Source: Candidatus Magasanikiibacteriota bacterium (GTDB lineage Bacteria; Patescibacteriota; Patescibacteriia; Magasanikbacterales; GWA2-37-8). From it: DNA of 64,000 nt. The notes under the pieces are model-generated. The model did no database searches, was not told where the DNA came from, and saw only the letters and a program-made list of their open reading frames with translations. A program made the position numbers and the translations under genes. The stretch spans positions 706,790-770,789 of the forward strand of contig CAWJAS010000001.1 of the NCBI GenBank assembly GCA_963840935.1. The letters are read 5' to 3'. Each line of letters opens with the position of its first letter. The first letter of the stretch is position 1. Positions 29,252-40,900 of the stretch are shown here, in pieces.

Positions 29252-30487
29252 TTATTGCCCCATTTTTCGCCTAATAAAAGCCGGGATTTCCAAATCATCA
29301 TCAACGGAAGTGGCGGTCTGCGCCGTATCATTGGAAAAATCATTTTTTGATTCTTTCGAAAAATCCGAAGCGCGCGACACTACAGGGGGTTTTACCTCGG
29401 GTTTTTTTACGGCCATTACTTCATCAGTAAACTTTTTCTCTTTTTCTTCCTCTTCGCGCTGTTTGAATTTTGAGGCCACACTCACCGCGCCAAAAGGAGA
29501 ATAACGCGAAACTGTCTCTTCTTCAATTTTTCTGCGGTCATCAAAACCTGTGGCGATTACGGATATTTTCATGTTACCACTCATTGTTTCATCAATAACC
29601 GCACCAAAAATTACCTTGGCATCTTCGGAAGCCGAAGAAGTAATAATCTTAGCCGCTTCTTCCACTTCACTCATTGTCATATCCGGCCCGCCTGTTACGG
29701 TAAAGAGTATACCTCTGGCTCCATCAATTGAAAGTTCCAGAAGCGGACTGGAAATCGCCATTTTTGCCGCTTCCACCGCTCTGTTCTCCCCGCTTCCCGA
29801 CCCAATACCCATCAACGCCGAACCGGTATCTTTCATAATTGTTTTAATATCCGCAAAATCAACATTAATAACACCATGCAAAGTAATTAATTCAGAAATT
29901 CCCTGGACACCCTGACGCAACACATCGTCAGCCACTTTGAATGCGTCAAGCATGGTTGTTTTCTTATCTATAACCTGATTGATTCGGTCATTGGGAATGG
30001 TAATAATTGTATCCACATGCTTAACCAGCTCCTCCCACGCTTTATCCGCGATAGTGGCGCGTTTCTGACCTTCAAAAGCAAACGGTTTGGTGACGACAGC
30101 AACCGTCAAAGCACCCATCTCTCTTGCTACTTCGGCCACAACCGGACTTGCCCCTGAACCGGTACCGCCTCCAAGCCCGCAAGTAACAAAAACCATATCG
30201 GCATCTTTAATCACTTCACGAATTTCATTTTGTGATTCTTCCGCCGCGCGTCTTCCCAATTCCGGCTCCATCCCCGCCCCAAGACCGCGTGTAACGGTTT
30301 TTCCAATATGGAGCTTATTTGGCGCCAAACTGTGGTGCAAATCCTGAACATCCGTATTCATGGCAACAAAATCAACTCCGCGAATGCGGGCAGCCATCAT
30401 TCGATTAACGGCCGAACCGCCGGAACCACCGACTCCGATAACTTTAATTTTGGCAAATGTTTCGATATCTGGTTTGACTTGTGGCAT
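29252..30487 (-). CDS. ftsZ: Cell division protein FtsZ
   Basis: GLGGGTGSG tubulin motif, INVDFAD, C-terminal LEIPAFIRR. Confidence 0.99.
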   Translation of the reverse strand: MPQVKPDIETFAKIKVIGVGGSGGSAVNRMMAARIRGVDFVAMNTDVQDLHHSLAPNKLHIGKTVTRGLGAGMEPELGRRAAEESQNEIREVIKDADMVFVTCGLGGGTGSGASPVVAEVAREMGALTVAVVTKPFAFEGQKRATIADKAWEELVKHVDTIITIPNDRINQVIDKKTTMLDAFKVADDVLRQGVQGISELITLHGVINVDFADIKTIMKDTGSALMGIGSGSGENRAVEAAKMAISSPLLELSIDGARGILFTVTGGPDMTMSEVEEAAKIITSSASEDAKVIFGAVIDETMSGNMKISVIATGFDDRRKIEEETVSRYSPFGAVSVASKFKQREEEEKEKKFTDEVMAVKKPEVKPPVVSRASDFSKESKNDFSNDTAQTATSVDDDLEIPAFIRRKMGQ

Positions 30488-30657
30488 AAAATTAATTTAA
30501 AGGGGAATTGGATTAAATTATTGTTCAATCTTTAAAAAAATTATAATTATTTATTTGAAGATGAACAAATATAGTGTTCAACGTTAGAATATTAAATAGC
30601 GAAGACATGGCTTCGCTATTTATTTTATCGCCTTTGACCTATGGGTGTCAAGTAAAA

Positions 30658-31923
30658 TCAAGGGAATAAAGCGCCAATTGTCTTCCTAATTTTGCTTTTG
30701 ATGTTTTCAACCGTTCGCCCTCCTGATTTGGACGAAGAATATTTGTATGGATTTATGTCAGACATTTCACTACCCCATTTTACCAAGCTAATGGCGGTGC
30801 TAAAAGCAGGGTCGTTGATTTCACCGGCAGAAGCCACAATTCCCAATGGATAGCCCATAACTGCCGGCAAACGCAAGTTTCTTTTGGCTTCTTCCACAAT
30901 ACCGCGCAGTTTAGACCCTCCTCCAGTCATAATCGCTCCGGCCGGCAAAAGCCCGCTTCGCTGGACCTTTTTTAATTCCTTGTCCACCATAAACAAGATT
31001 TCTTCCACTCGGGCGCTAATAATAGAATTAACATCCTTCATTTTAAAATATTCGTGTTCCGTAGCTCCCAAATCCATCAAATCAATCTCATCTCTATTTT
31101 GGCGCGAATCGGCTGAACAATCCCCGTGTTCAATTTTAAGTTTTTCCACCACATCAATCGGGGCCCGCAAACCAACCGCCAAATCATTGGAAATATGGTT
31201 TGAGCCAACAGGAATTGTGCCGGCATGGAGCAAATCCCCTTCCTCAAAAACAATCACCGAGGTTGTTTGGCCTCCAATATTAATTAACACCGTTCCCAAA
31301 TCTTTTTGGCGCGGTGTTAAAAGCAAATTTGATGAAGCCAATTGCGACAATACGATGTCATTGATTTCCAATCCGGTTCTGTATATCGCTCTGGATAAAT
31401 TCTTTATTTGAGATGATTGCCCAAGAATAATTTTTGTATCCACCTCCAAACGCATGCCGGTCATTCCAATCGGGTCTTTAATACCACTTTGCCCGTCAAC
31501 ATTATATGACCTGGGGGTAACATGAAGAATTTCATAATTTAAAGGCGTGGAAACCGAGCGCGATGAATCAATCGCTCTATCCACATCGGCAAAAGTAATT
31601 TCATTATCTGATTTTGCCACCGCGGCATAACCACGGCTATTTTGAATCATTGTTTGAGTGCCGGAAATACCAAGCCAGACCGTCTCAATCGGAGCGCCAA
31701 TAGCTCTTTCAGCGTTTTCTAAACACGATGAGACAGATGAGACGACATCCTCGATGCTTGTAACAACACCTTTTGACACGCCTTCTGAAGGCACTTCCAC
31801 CAAACCAAGAATTTGGATGGCGCTTTCGTTGGAGCCAACATCCATAACCTTGCCGATCGCCATGCGGACGTTAGAAGACCCAATATCAAGGCCGGCTATT
31901 AAATTATCGTGTCTTTTTGCCAT
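30658..31923 (-). CDS. ftsA: Cell division protein FtsA
   Basis: GLDIGSS, PIGMTGMRLE, NIGGQTT, TGGGSKL; upstream of ftsZ. Confidence 0.96.
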   Translation of the reverse strand: MAKRHDNLIAGLDIGSSNVRMAIGKVMDVGSNESAIQILGLVEVPSEGVSKGVVTSIEDVVSSVSSCLENAERAIGAPIETVWLGISGTQTMIQNSRGYAAVAKSDNEITFADVDRAIDSSRSVSTPLNYEILHVTPRSYNVDGQSGIKDPIGMTGMRLEVDTKIILGQSSQIKNLSRAIYRTGLEINDIVLSQLASSNLLLTPRQKDLGTVLINIGGQTTSVIVFEEGDLLHAGTIPVGSNHISNDLAVGLRAPIDVVEKLKIEHGDCSADSRQNRDEIDLMDLGATEHEYFKMKDVNSIISARVEEILFMVDKELKKVQRSGLLPAGAIMTGGGSKLRGIVEEAKRNLRLPAVMGYPLGIVASAGEINDPAFSTAISLVKWGSEMSDINPYKYSSSKSGGRTVENIKSKIRKTIGALFP

Positions 31924-31988
31924 AAATAATGTTAAATCAAGTCAATATCAGTATACATTTATTTTTGATTATTGTGAATGCTTTTTTG

Positions 31989-32369
31989 CTATATTCGGTC
32001 GAGCATCTGATATATCCAAGTAATAAAATAAGGAATAAATATTATTAATCCAACAGTAACCGCTCCGATAACAGTAAGAAAAACAGCCCCGGCCATTACA
32101 TCTTTTACTATTTTTGCATAATGATGCAATCTGGGCTTTAATAAATCAATAAATTTTTCAATGGCGGTATTAAGAAGTTCTATCACCAAAACCATAAACG
32201 TTAAAATAACCACAAGTAACCTTTCCGATCCCTTAAGCGGAAAAATTACAGCCAAAATTAAAGCGATCAGACCAAAAAATAGTTGTATGCGAAAATTAGG
32301 TTCATGAAAAAAAGCATACTGAATTCCATCAAACGCGTCTTTAAAACTTTTTAATAATCTGCATTTCAT
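31989..32369 (-). CDS. dgkA: Diacylglycerol/undecaprenol kinase
   Basis: HEPNFRIQ, ELLNTAIEKFIDL, AKIVKDVMAGAV. Confidence 0.9.
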   Translation of the reverse strand: MKCRLLKSFKDAFDGIQYAFFHEPNFRIQLFFGLIALILAVIFPLKGSERLLVVILTFMVLVIELLNTAIEKFIDLLKPRLHHYAKIVKDVMAGAVFLTVIGAVTVGLIIFIPYFITWIYQMLDRI

Positions 32370-32800
32370 ATTTTATTTATTGTGACTGCCAAAATTTCTT
32401 CTTGAATTTTAAACATTTTTTGAGCTTCATTTTTTTTGTGATGGTTGTACCCGGCCAAATGCAAAAGTCCATGAATAAAAATTCTCAAAAACTCTTCTGT
32501 CGGTGAAACATCAAATTCTTTTGCTTGCAATATTATCTTTGGAAATGAAATAAAAATTTGCCCTATTTGTTCGCTTGGATAAAAATTACTTTTACTCCAT
32601 TCAAAAGCCAAAACATCAGTTTCTTTATTTATTCCCCGCCACAACCGATTTATTTTTTTGATTTCTTGATTGTCTGTTATAATGAGCTCGATTTTACCTT
32701 TTAATTTTTTTTCTTTTTTTACCGCGATTTGGGCTGTTTTATTTATCAGACCAATATTTATCGGATATTTTTTTTTATTAATAACCATTATTTCTATCAT
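32366..32800 (-). CDS. ybeY: rRNA maturation endoribonuclease YbeY
   Basis: TDVLAF; HGLLHLAGYNH. Confidence 0.93.
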   Translation of the reverse strand: MIEIMVINKKKYPINIGLINKTAQIAVKKEKKLKGKIELIITDNQEIKKINRLWRGINKETDVLAFEWSKSNFYPSEQIGQIFISFPKIILQAKEFDVSPTEEFLRIFIHGLLHLAGYNHHKKNEAQKMFKIQEEILAVTINKI

Positions 32801-34041
32801 ATTGCGGACGTTTCCTGCTCCTCGATAAAATCTATGAATTGTTCCCCTATTTCCTCTTGAAACACAGGCTCTTCTTCCAGTTCTTCATCTCCCTGTTCTA
32901 CCGAATCTTCTTCCACTTCAGTCTCTTCCATATTTGCACCATTAAATAAAGATTCGGCAACCTGTTCAAATTCTTCGGGCAAAACCGGCGGCTGTTCATA
33001 AATAGAAATTATTTTCGTAAATACAAAACTTCGCGCCATTACTTCCAAAACCGTTTTGTGATTAACAACCGAATTACCGCCTAAATGATAAATTAAAGAA
33101 ACAACTTGATTATTTCTAACAAAGAAATAGACCAAACCGTCAAATCTTTTTTTGCCCACGGTTTCAAAACGACTTACAAATTCACTATAATCCGATAATA
33201 ATTCATCCGCCGGCGCGTTTATGGCAAACCACTGCTCAAATGTTTGGCCATATGGCATATCAAAAACCCTCACTTCAATATTCTCTCCGCTCAAAGCGCT
33301 AAAAAGCGCCTGACTACTCCCTTGGTCCACGCTTCCCATTACCCAAGATTTGGGATGATACAATTCATAACCATAATTATTATTTTTATATACACTAACC
33401 ATTCCGGAATCAACTAATTTTTGCGGTTCAACTCCGGCCGGATTATATAAATAAAATAATTCATGACTGTCGGAATAACCATCGCCGTCAGTATCGGGAT
33501 TGCCCGGGTCGGAAGCGAATGCTTCTTCGGAAGCGTCAAAAACGCCATCCTGGTCCAAATCGTTTCCAACGGGTAATATTTTGGAAGGTAATTCAAAACC
33601 AATTTCTTTGGGTGGGACAACGACAGGCTCTTCCTGAACCGGCTCCAAAATATCACTGCTTGTCGGCGTTTGAACAACCGGAATTTCCTGAACAGGAGTT
33701 GTTATTGTCGGTCTTTCAACAATTTGCACCGGTTTTTTTCGGAGCGTAAGCCAATAATATATTCCGCCTCCAATAGCGAACAAAATAAACAACAAAAGAG
33801 CGCCAAATATCCAAAATTTTGTATTAGAAAACAAAGAACCGGGACCTTTGGCGGTAGCTGTATCCAAGGCCTTTTTTTCATATGGCTTTAAAGGCGACGC
33901 GAATTTATCCAAATTAACGGTTTGTTCAGTTTTTTTGAACTTAACCGTCGGATCGGAACCGCCATAAAAATCATCGGGCATAGCCGCGATTTTTATGTCT
34001 AATTCCGGCGCCTTTATTTCTGATTCTTTTTTCCCAAACAT
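32797..34041 (-). CDS. Single-pass membrane protein with Ca-binding TSP3-like DxDxDG repeats and an acidic tail
   Basis: TM helix; DLDQDG, PDTDGDGYSDSHEL..YNP. Confidence 0.75.
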   Translation of the reverse strand: MFGKKESEIKAPELDIKIAAMPDDFYGGSDPTVKFKKTEQTVNLDKFASPLKPYEKKALDTATAKGPGSLFSNTKFWIFGALLLFILFAIGGGIYYWLTLRKKPVQIVERPTITTPVQEIPVVQTPTSSDILEPVQEEPVVVPPKEIGFELPSKILPVGNDLDQDGVFDASEEAFASDPGNPDTDGDGYSDSHELFYLYNPAGVEPQKLVDSGMVSVYKNNNYGYELYHPKSWVMGSVDQGSSQALFSALSGENIEVRVFDMPYGQTFEQWFAINAPADELLSDYSEFVSRFETVGKKRFDGLVYFFVRNNQVVSLIYHLGGNSVVNHKTVLEVMARSFVFTKIISIYEQPPVLPEEFEQVAESLFNGANMEETEVEEDSVEQGDEELEEEPVFQEEIGEQFIDFIEEQETSAI

Positions 34042-34066
34042 ATTTTATATAATACCGAAAAAATGT

Positions 34067-34888
34067 TTATATCGCCGGTTCTTCATTAACCGGAGTTACG
34101 CTCTCATTCACTGATGAAGTGGCGGTATTTGGATTTTCAAAAAGTTTTCCCGGCCCAAGTGGGTTATAACCATTACGCACTTCGTCTCCGTCTTTAAAAC
34201 TGTCTCCATCCGTATCCGGATTCAAAGGGTCTGTTTTCCAAATTAAAACCTCGTCGCCGTCTGTCAAACCATCAGCATCGGTATCGGGATTAAACGAATC
34301 TGTTTTAAATGTTACTTCCGCCCCATCAAGCAAGCCGTCACCGTCTGAATCCACCGAATCAACAATAAAATCAGGAACAACATCGGTTGTTGTGGTGGAT
34401 TCATTTTCGAGCTCATCCATATTCGCCTCCAATTCTGTTTCCGCGTCGATTTGACCGTTATTATAATCAGGGTCATCTTCATCCAAATAATCTACCGGAG
34501 TTAACGGCGCTTGGTCATCCGCCACCTCATCCGTAATCGGTTGTGTAACAATTGTTTCAGGTGCTTGTTTATCCGGCGCGTTCAAATAGGAATATAATTT
34601 CCAGACACCAAATCCGATGCCAGCAAAAAATAATATAAAAATTATGGCAAATATTATTTTGCCCAAAACCGGTTTGCTGACAGCATAAATTTCCGCCGGT
34701 TCAGAACCCATGCCGGGCGGGGGCGACGTGTGAACTGAGGCCTGTTTAGGTCTCAAAACACCCGCATCAAGCGCACTCGGGCCAGACGGTATAGGCGTTT
34801 CACCTTCCGTTTCAGCAAACATATCCATTGGTTCAGTTGGTAAATTTTCTGGTATTGGAATATTTTTTTGTGGAGCATCTTCAAACAT
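34067..34888 (-). CDS. Single-pass membrane protein with bacterial TSP3-like repeats
   Basis: DSDGDGLLDGAE, DTDADGLTDGDE, DTDGDSFKDGDE..GYNPLG. Confidence 0.8.
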   Translation of the reverse strand: MFEDAPQKNIPIPENLPTEPMDMFAETEGETPIPSGPSALDAGVLRPKQASVHTSPPPGMGSEPAEIYAVSKPVLGKIIFAIIFILFFAGIGFGVWKLYSYLNAPDKQAPETIVTQPITDEVADDQAPLTPVDYLDEDDPDYNNGQIDAETELEANMDELENESTTTTDVVPDFIVDSVDSDGDGLLDGAEVTFKTDSFNPDTDADGLTDGDEVLIWKTDPLNPDTDGDSFKDGDEVRNGYNPLGPGKLFENPNTATSSVNESVTPVNEEPAI

Positions 34889-34930
34889 ATATGAATATTT
34901 ATATTAATAATTATTTAAATATAATGATAA

Positions 34931-37900
34931 CTAGAGTAAAGAAGGAAATACGCAGGAACACCTACATTGATTAGTGCAACTCTTTACTTGACCAAAAACT
35001 GTACACGCAGGACAATTGGACGGGTCGATATCACACTCTTCATAAGAAAAATTTATCCATGGATAAGGTGGGATCAATAAACCAGATGCGTAATTTATAT
35101 TAAGAACTCCTTGTCTTATCCCGTCACCGCAATAACCCCTTCCGACCAAATTGATAGGATCTGTCAATGATACAGGGAAACTATTTACCGCGCATCCGCT
35201 AGATATGCTGTTTACCACTGACTTACTAACATCCCAACCGGTACAATCCGTTTTACAAGGAAGACACCTGTCCACTTCATCAATAAACATTGTTCTAGCG
35301 AAACCTCCGTTTGACATGCCCGGGTCGCACAATTCACTTTCGTTTAAAATACCATTTCCACAAACAATATCTTTTGTAATAACATTTTTACAATCAGCGG
35401 AACAATATGTGCAATTCTGCTGAGGATAGATCGGCGTGCAAATAATTCCATTTTCGTCCTCTCCACGATCGCAAGCTTCAAATTCATCCACTATTCCATT
35501 ACCGCAAACTCCAACTGTCGGCACAGCGGAATCAGCGATGCATTCCTGTAATTGGCAATTTAAACACTCGGCCGTCCCGCTAAAACCACCATCCGTGGTG
35601 CAAGGTACCGGCGTAGTCCCTTCACATTGCTCACCGCTATCCGTTTGCAACATACCGTCTCCGCAATAACCGCCAAAACCCGTGCAATTCCAATTGCATG
35701 AAAAGGCATTAAAAATATCATACTGCCGGCAAGGCTGGCTATAATATATCTCGAGCATTTGATCAAGAATTGAATCGCTAGAATCATTAATTGGAATATA
35801 TTGGTATGTGCCACCAGCCGCCGCCCAATCATTGAATGCCTGAGTAAAATAAGCTACGCCAAACACATATGTTAATACGCCATAACCGGGGCTGTTTAAA
35901 AGCGTAATTTCTTCTGTAGGGGTTGGTACTCCCGTTGAAGCACCATCGGTTACTAAAATAAGATTAATTTGTCTCTGTTTATCTTCTTCGCTAAAATTCT
36001 CATATATATTTTCTCTCCACCATTTAATTGCTGCGCCGGTTGGAGTACCGCCACTTGCGGCGAAAGTTCCGACTACCCCAGCCACTTCTACCGGCATCGC
36101 AAATTTAATATCTGGATCTAAATAATCCACAAAAATATTTGAGCTTCTAAAAGAACCTATGCCTATTTTTGCCTTGGTTTCAGATTCGGCAAATTGTACG
36201 GCTAATAACGGAAGTTGTTCTTGCACATACTGCAATCTTGATTTTTCACCGGGTGGAGGCGTGGCGGCACCGGAAAAACTATAATTCATAGAACCTGACA
36301 AATCCACCAAAAAGTAATAGACTGGTTCGGTTGTGAATCCTTTTTTTGTTTCTACCCCCGGCCTATAAGCGCAAGTCACGGGTTGAGTTGCGGTTGCTAA
36401 AACAGTATCGCAAAATTCACCCGAATCCAAAACTCCATTTCCGCAAGTTTGAAAAATACCGGAACAACCCGTGTTGCATCTGCCCGGCTGGCCATTTAAT
36501 AATCCATCATCACAAACTTCTCCGATTGAATATTGAATTTTGCCATCTCCACAAGTTCCTCCGATCGCCTCGGCGCAAGTAGTGAGAGATTCGGCTCCCC
36601 AAGCACACTGGCTATTGCAGGTTTTTTTGGTAGCTGAGGCAGGGCACGCCACCGTATTATAACTTACCGATCCGGGCGGGTCGCACTCCTCTCCACTACC
36701 TAAAACTCCATCACCACAATATACATTATATGGCGAGGAAATCTCATTGGCCGAAGCGCAAACTCCATATTCAAACAATACTTTGTTGAAAGTAAAATCA
36801 TTTAAAAAATTAAAATAATTCTGAGGCTCCGGACTTTGAAGTGTTTCAAGATTTGCTCTGAGTAAATATGATTGAGTAGTTGAAACAAAACTATAACGAT
36901 AGGCATATGACGAAGTATTGCAAGCAAAACTAAACCGCCTGTCTTCCGCGCTCCAACCGGTCACTGGATCATGCAGAACGCACAGCCCGGCATATAAATT
37001 ACCGATTTCAGCAGTATCCAATTCACGAGAATAAAACGCTATATTGTCGATTTTACCGTTAAAACTCTCACCCATTTCAATACTCAAAGTATTTGTGGCA
37101 TACGGGAATGAAGGCTCTGTGATAGTTACAGAGGCTCCATTCGGAGGGACCCTGAATGTCTCACTAACCAAATTGCCATTGATATACAATTTGCCTGTTT
37201 TTGTGTTTTTATTAAAAGTAGCGGAAATATAATACCATTGATTTAAACCGAGCGGTTCCTGCGAATCAATGGCATAATATTTATTCGGGTTAGAAGCTTC
37301 AGGGAATATTGCAAAACGAATAGTGCCGTTGTTAAACCTTACTTGTGACCCGGTAAACTGAAGACCGCTATACTCAAGAATAAATCCTCCTAAACTATTT
37401 CCATCTCCATCCGAACCACCCTTTTTAATAATTGTGGCAGTGTTTCTTTTGGTCGGATAAATCCACGCTGAAACTGAAAAATTATCGCCATTATATTCAT
37501 CAAAGTTCCCGGCAACTACTTTGGCCGATGAATCACCAGCAAATTCAAATGCTTTACCGTGCCCCTTGCCGGCAACTGTTTGCACCGTTCCCTCAATAGT
37601 CGCATTGTTACCTATCGCCCCCTCGTCTTTATTGCCTTCGTCAGCCGTCCAATAGCTTGATCTTCCGCTAATCGGTATGGTGGCACAATCAGCATCTCTA
37701 AAACAGGCTTCATATTGATTGCCCGATACTGGTAAAAAGCATGTTCCACTTTGCGCTAATTTATTTATCGGGTCGACCGGAAGCTGTGTGTTTAATTGCG
37801 AACCCAAATCAGACCAGGTGGTTGGCCAAACACTAAAAGCATGACCGGGTAAATATGTATTTTCCGGCAAATTCGGATAACCGCCGTTATATGGCAAACT

Positions 37901-40900
37901 ATCATAAAACAAATCACGCATTTCGTCTGGATTCAAAGCTCTGGCATAAATCCTCACATCATCAATATCGGCTTTAAAAACAGAATCGCAACCCAAGTCT
38001 AACGCTGAGCATTTCATACAATTACCAACACTACTGCAAATTGGCGTACCAATTCGAGGTTTCCCTTCATACATATGACCAAAGGAGGACGGATAAGAAT
38101 CACTACCGGATAAAGCACCGTCGACATAACACGAAACATTTGTTTGCCCGGCTTGTCGATCAAAAACGACTGCTATGTGATGCCATAAATTATCATTAAC
38201 TTTATCTTCAGAACATAAATAATCCGCCCCGTTATATGAAATTCTATAACTTACCTTTCCATTGCTAATACCAAAATAATATCTATTATTCGTACTATTC
38301 GGATCGGCGTCATTTGTAACCGTATACGCCCGATACTGACTCGAGGTTGTTTTTATCCAATGAGCGATTGTAAAAGACCTATTACCAATATCTGTCGCTT
38401 TTGTTGCAACCAAATACGCCGGCTGTTCCAAATGGAGAGCCTGGCTAATTCGCCCGCTTAATAAAGATGCTTTTCCTGTTGATTGATTAATTACGGCTTC
38501 GAACCCGCGACCGGTACTATCAGGTAATTTCCCATAAGTAACATAATCCATCGGCCAAATGGCGACGGCTCCTCTGCCCCACTCAATACTTTTTATCATT
38601 CCACGCAAATCATTCAAACGAGTATAGTTTCTTTGTAATTTATCTTTTTGGTTATAGCAAAAATAATTGCTCTTTGTGGTTGTGGGACTGGCTTTTTTTA
38701 TTGCTTCCATTTGCGCCAGACAATCCATATCGTTTGAACACTGCATTCCATAATCTATATTTGCGCCACTATAATCGGATGCGCAATATGGATCGTTTTT
38801 TAAACGAAGATTGAATTTTAAATACTTAATTATTTGATTAAATACTTCTTTTGTTTGGGCGGTGGCGTCGCTATTAATGCTAAACTGGTAAATATTTGAA
38901 TAAATATTAAATGTTGTCGGGTTGGTGTATAGGGGCTGAACCAACGCATCAATATAATAATTATTTCCATCGGTCAAAGCGTCAAAACCGTCTATTTTTA
39001 CCGAGTTCATCTGGCCAGTGTAGCCTTGAGACGCATACCAATCACTTATTGATAAATGATTGGAATTATAAAAAATCTGAATACCAATGGCATCTTTGTT
39101 GTTATTATTAATAAAAATATATCTTTTCACATAAGGTGAACCAACTGACGGCGTCCAAATTTGGCTGGTTGTAACATTTGGCAAATCATCGGCTATACCC
39201 ACCATACCATAATCCATGCAATAATAGGTGGAAAAATCATGTTCCTCGTCCTTGAAAGGAAAATTATCAAGCGAGCCGGAAGGCCAGCGATTCTCGCATA
39301 AAAATACTACGATTCGCGACTTTCCAGTAACGATCGGGGAAGCGAGCGGAAAAATATTTTCTGTAAAACGTGATGTGGCTGTTAAATCAACTTCTCCATT
39401 GCGATTTTTGGCAGTAACCACATTCACGGTGCCGGTGGCGTTTGCTATGGCAATAAATTCATTTTGAGCAGGGCCCCAATCATATTCCCACGAATAACCG
39501 GCCACCGGTTGGATGTACTGGTCATTTTGAGAAATTGATTTTACCTCAAAATCTTCTGTAACGCCGGACTTATTAAACATGTGTTCATCCGGATCAATTT
39601 CCGCTTTGTCCAATACACATATTTCATTACCGGTAATAAATTGCCATTGTGCGGTATTGCCAATACTCACTCCGCGAACATCTTTTGCGCCGGGTCTAAA
39701 AATAATGGCGTAGTCGCTGTCAAAAGCGAGCGGTTTATTGAGACTAATCAAAACAGAGGAGGTTGAATTAACACCCTTTGGGTCATTAACAATAACGCTG
39801 GGCGTTCCTGTTTCATCGCCAACGCAATAAATATTAGCATTAAATTCACTACGCGGTGTGTCAGCCGATGCTTTTATGCCGAATAAATTTTTAACCCAAC
39901 CTGTAAAACCGGCCCATAATCTTTTATACCATGGTTGTATCTGGTCACGCGCGTCCGCGATATAGCCCCTTACAAGATCCGTCACATCAATTTGACCAAC
40001 CGGACATTCGGGGGTTGTCGTGGCAATATTATAGCCACGAGCAATATAAACTGCACCTGGCAGTGTATTAATATCAATTACCTTGTTAAAAGTGGCTTCA
40101 ATATATGTATTTGGGCAAACATCAAACGCGGTCGCAACCTCAGAACTTGAAGGCATGGTGCGAGCGGGATAAGTATCAATCAAGAGCGCGCGTTCATAAC
40201 AGCATGAATTTTCCGCCACACCCATAAGAGGATTATTTGTTTGTATTTGACATTCAAGATCAGTATTAAAACCGCATAAAATTTCGAATTGTCCTTTGCC
40301 GGATTCGGTATAAATTTTTTCATCAACTTCTTGCTCACCGGTTGCGGTAATATCTGTAATTTGCGTATTGTTGGGCGTGGTAGTACCAAGACCGATTCCA
40401 ACTGCCAAGGCCCAAGGGTCAACAAACTCGCGAACATAAACAAAATTCTTTTCGCAATCGGGATCTTCGCCAATACCGACAATACCGTCTCCACAAAGCG
40501 AAGAGGTAGAATACATTAAAGACGATCCTTCATATTGCCCGATTGAGTTACATCCTTCTGATTTGATTACACTTGTATAAATTGGATTATTTTCAATATC
40601 TCTCACTACTAATGTGGTGGTAGGTGAACATTTTTTTAGCGAATCATCAAACACATTTATCAAACAACGGTCTGTGCAAATGAGCAGAGGATTAGTTGCG
40701 TCCTCGCAGGCCTTATCTTCATCCGGACTGGCTATATCATCACCGCAAATACTTTTTGCCTTGGCGCAAGCGGTGTTGAATTCAGACATTGAAAATCCGC
40801 CATAGGTGGTAGTATTATTGTCATCAACGCACCAACCGGCATATAGCGCTGAACCTAAATGCAAACACTTTTCAGAACAAAATAGCGATGAAGTCGAACG

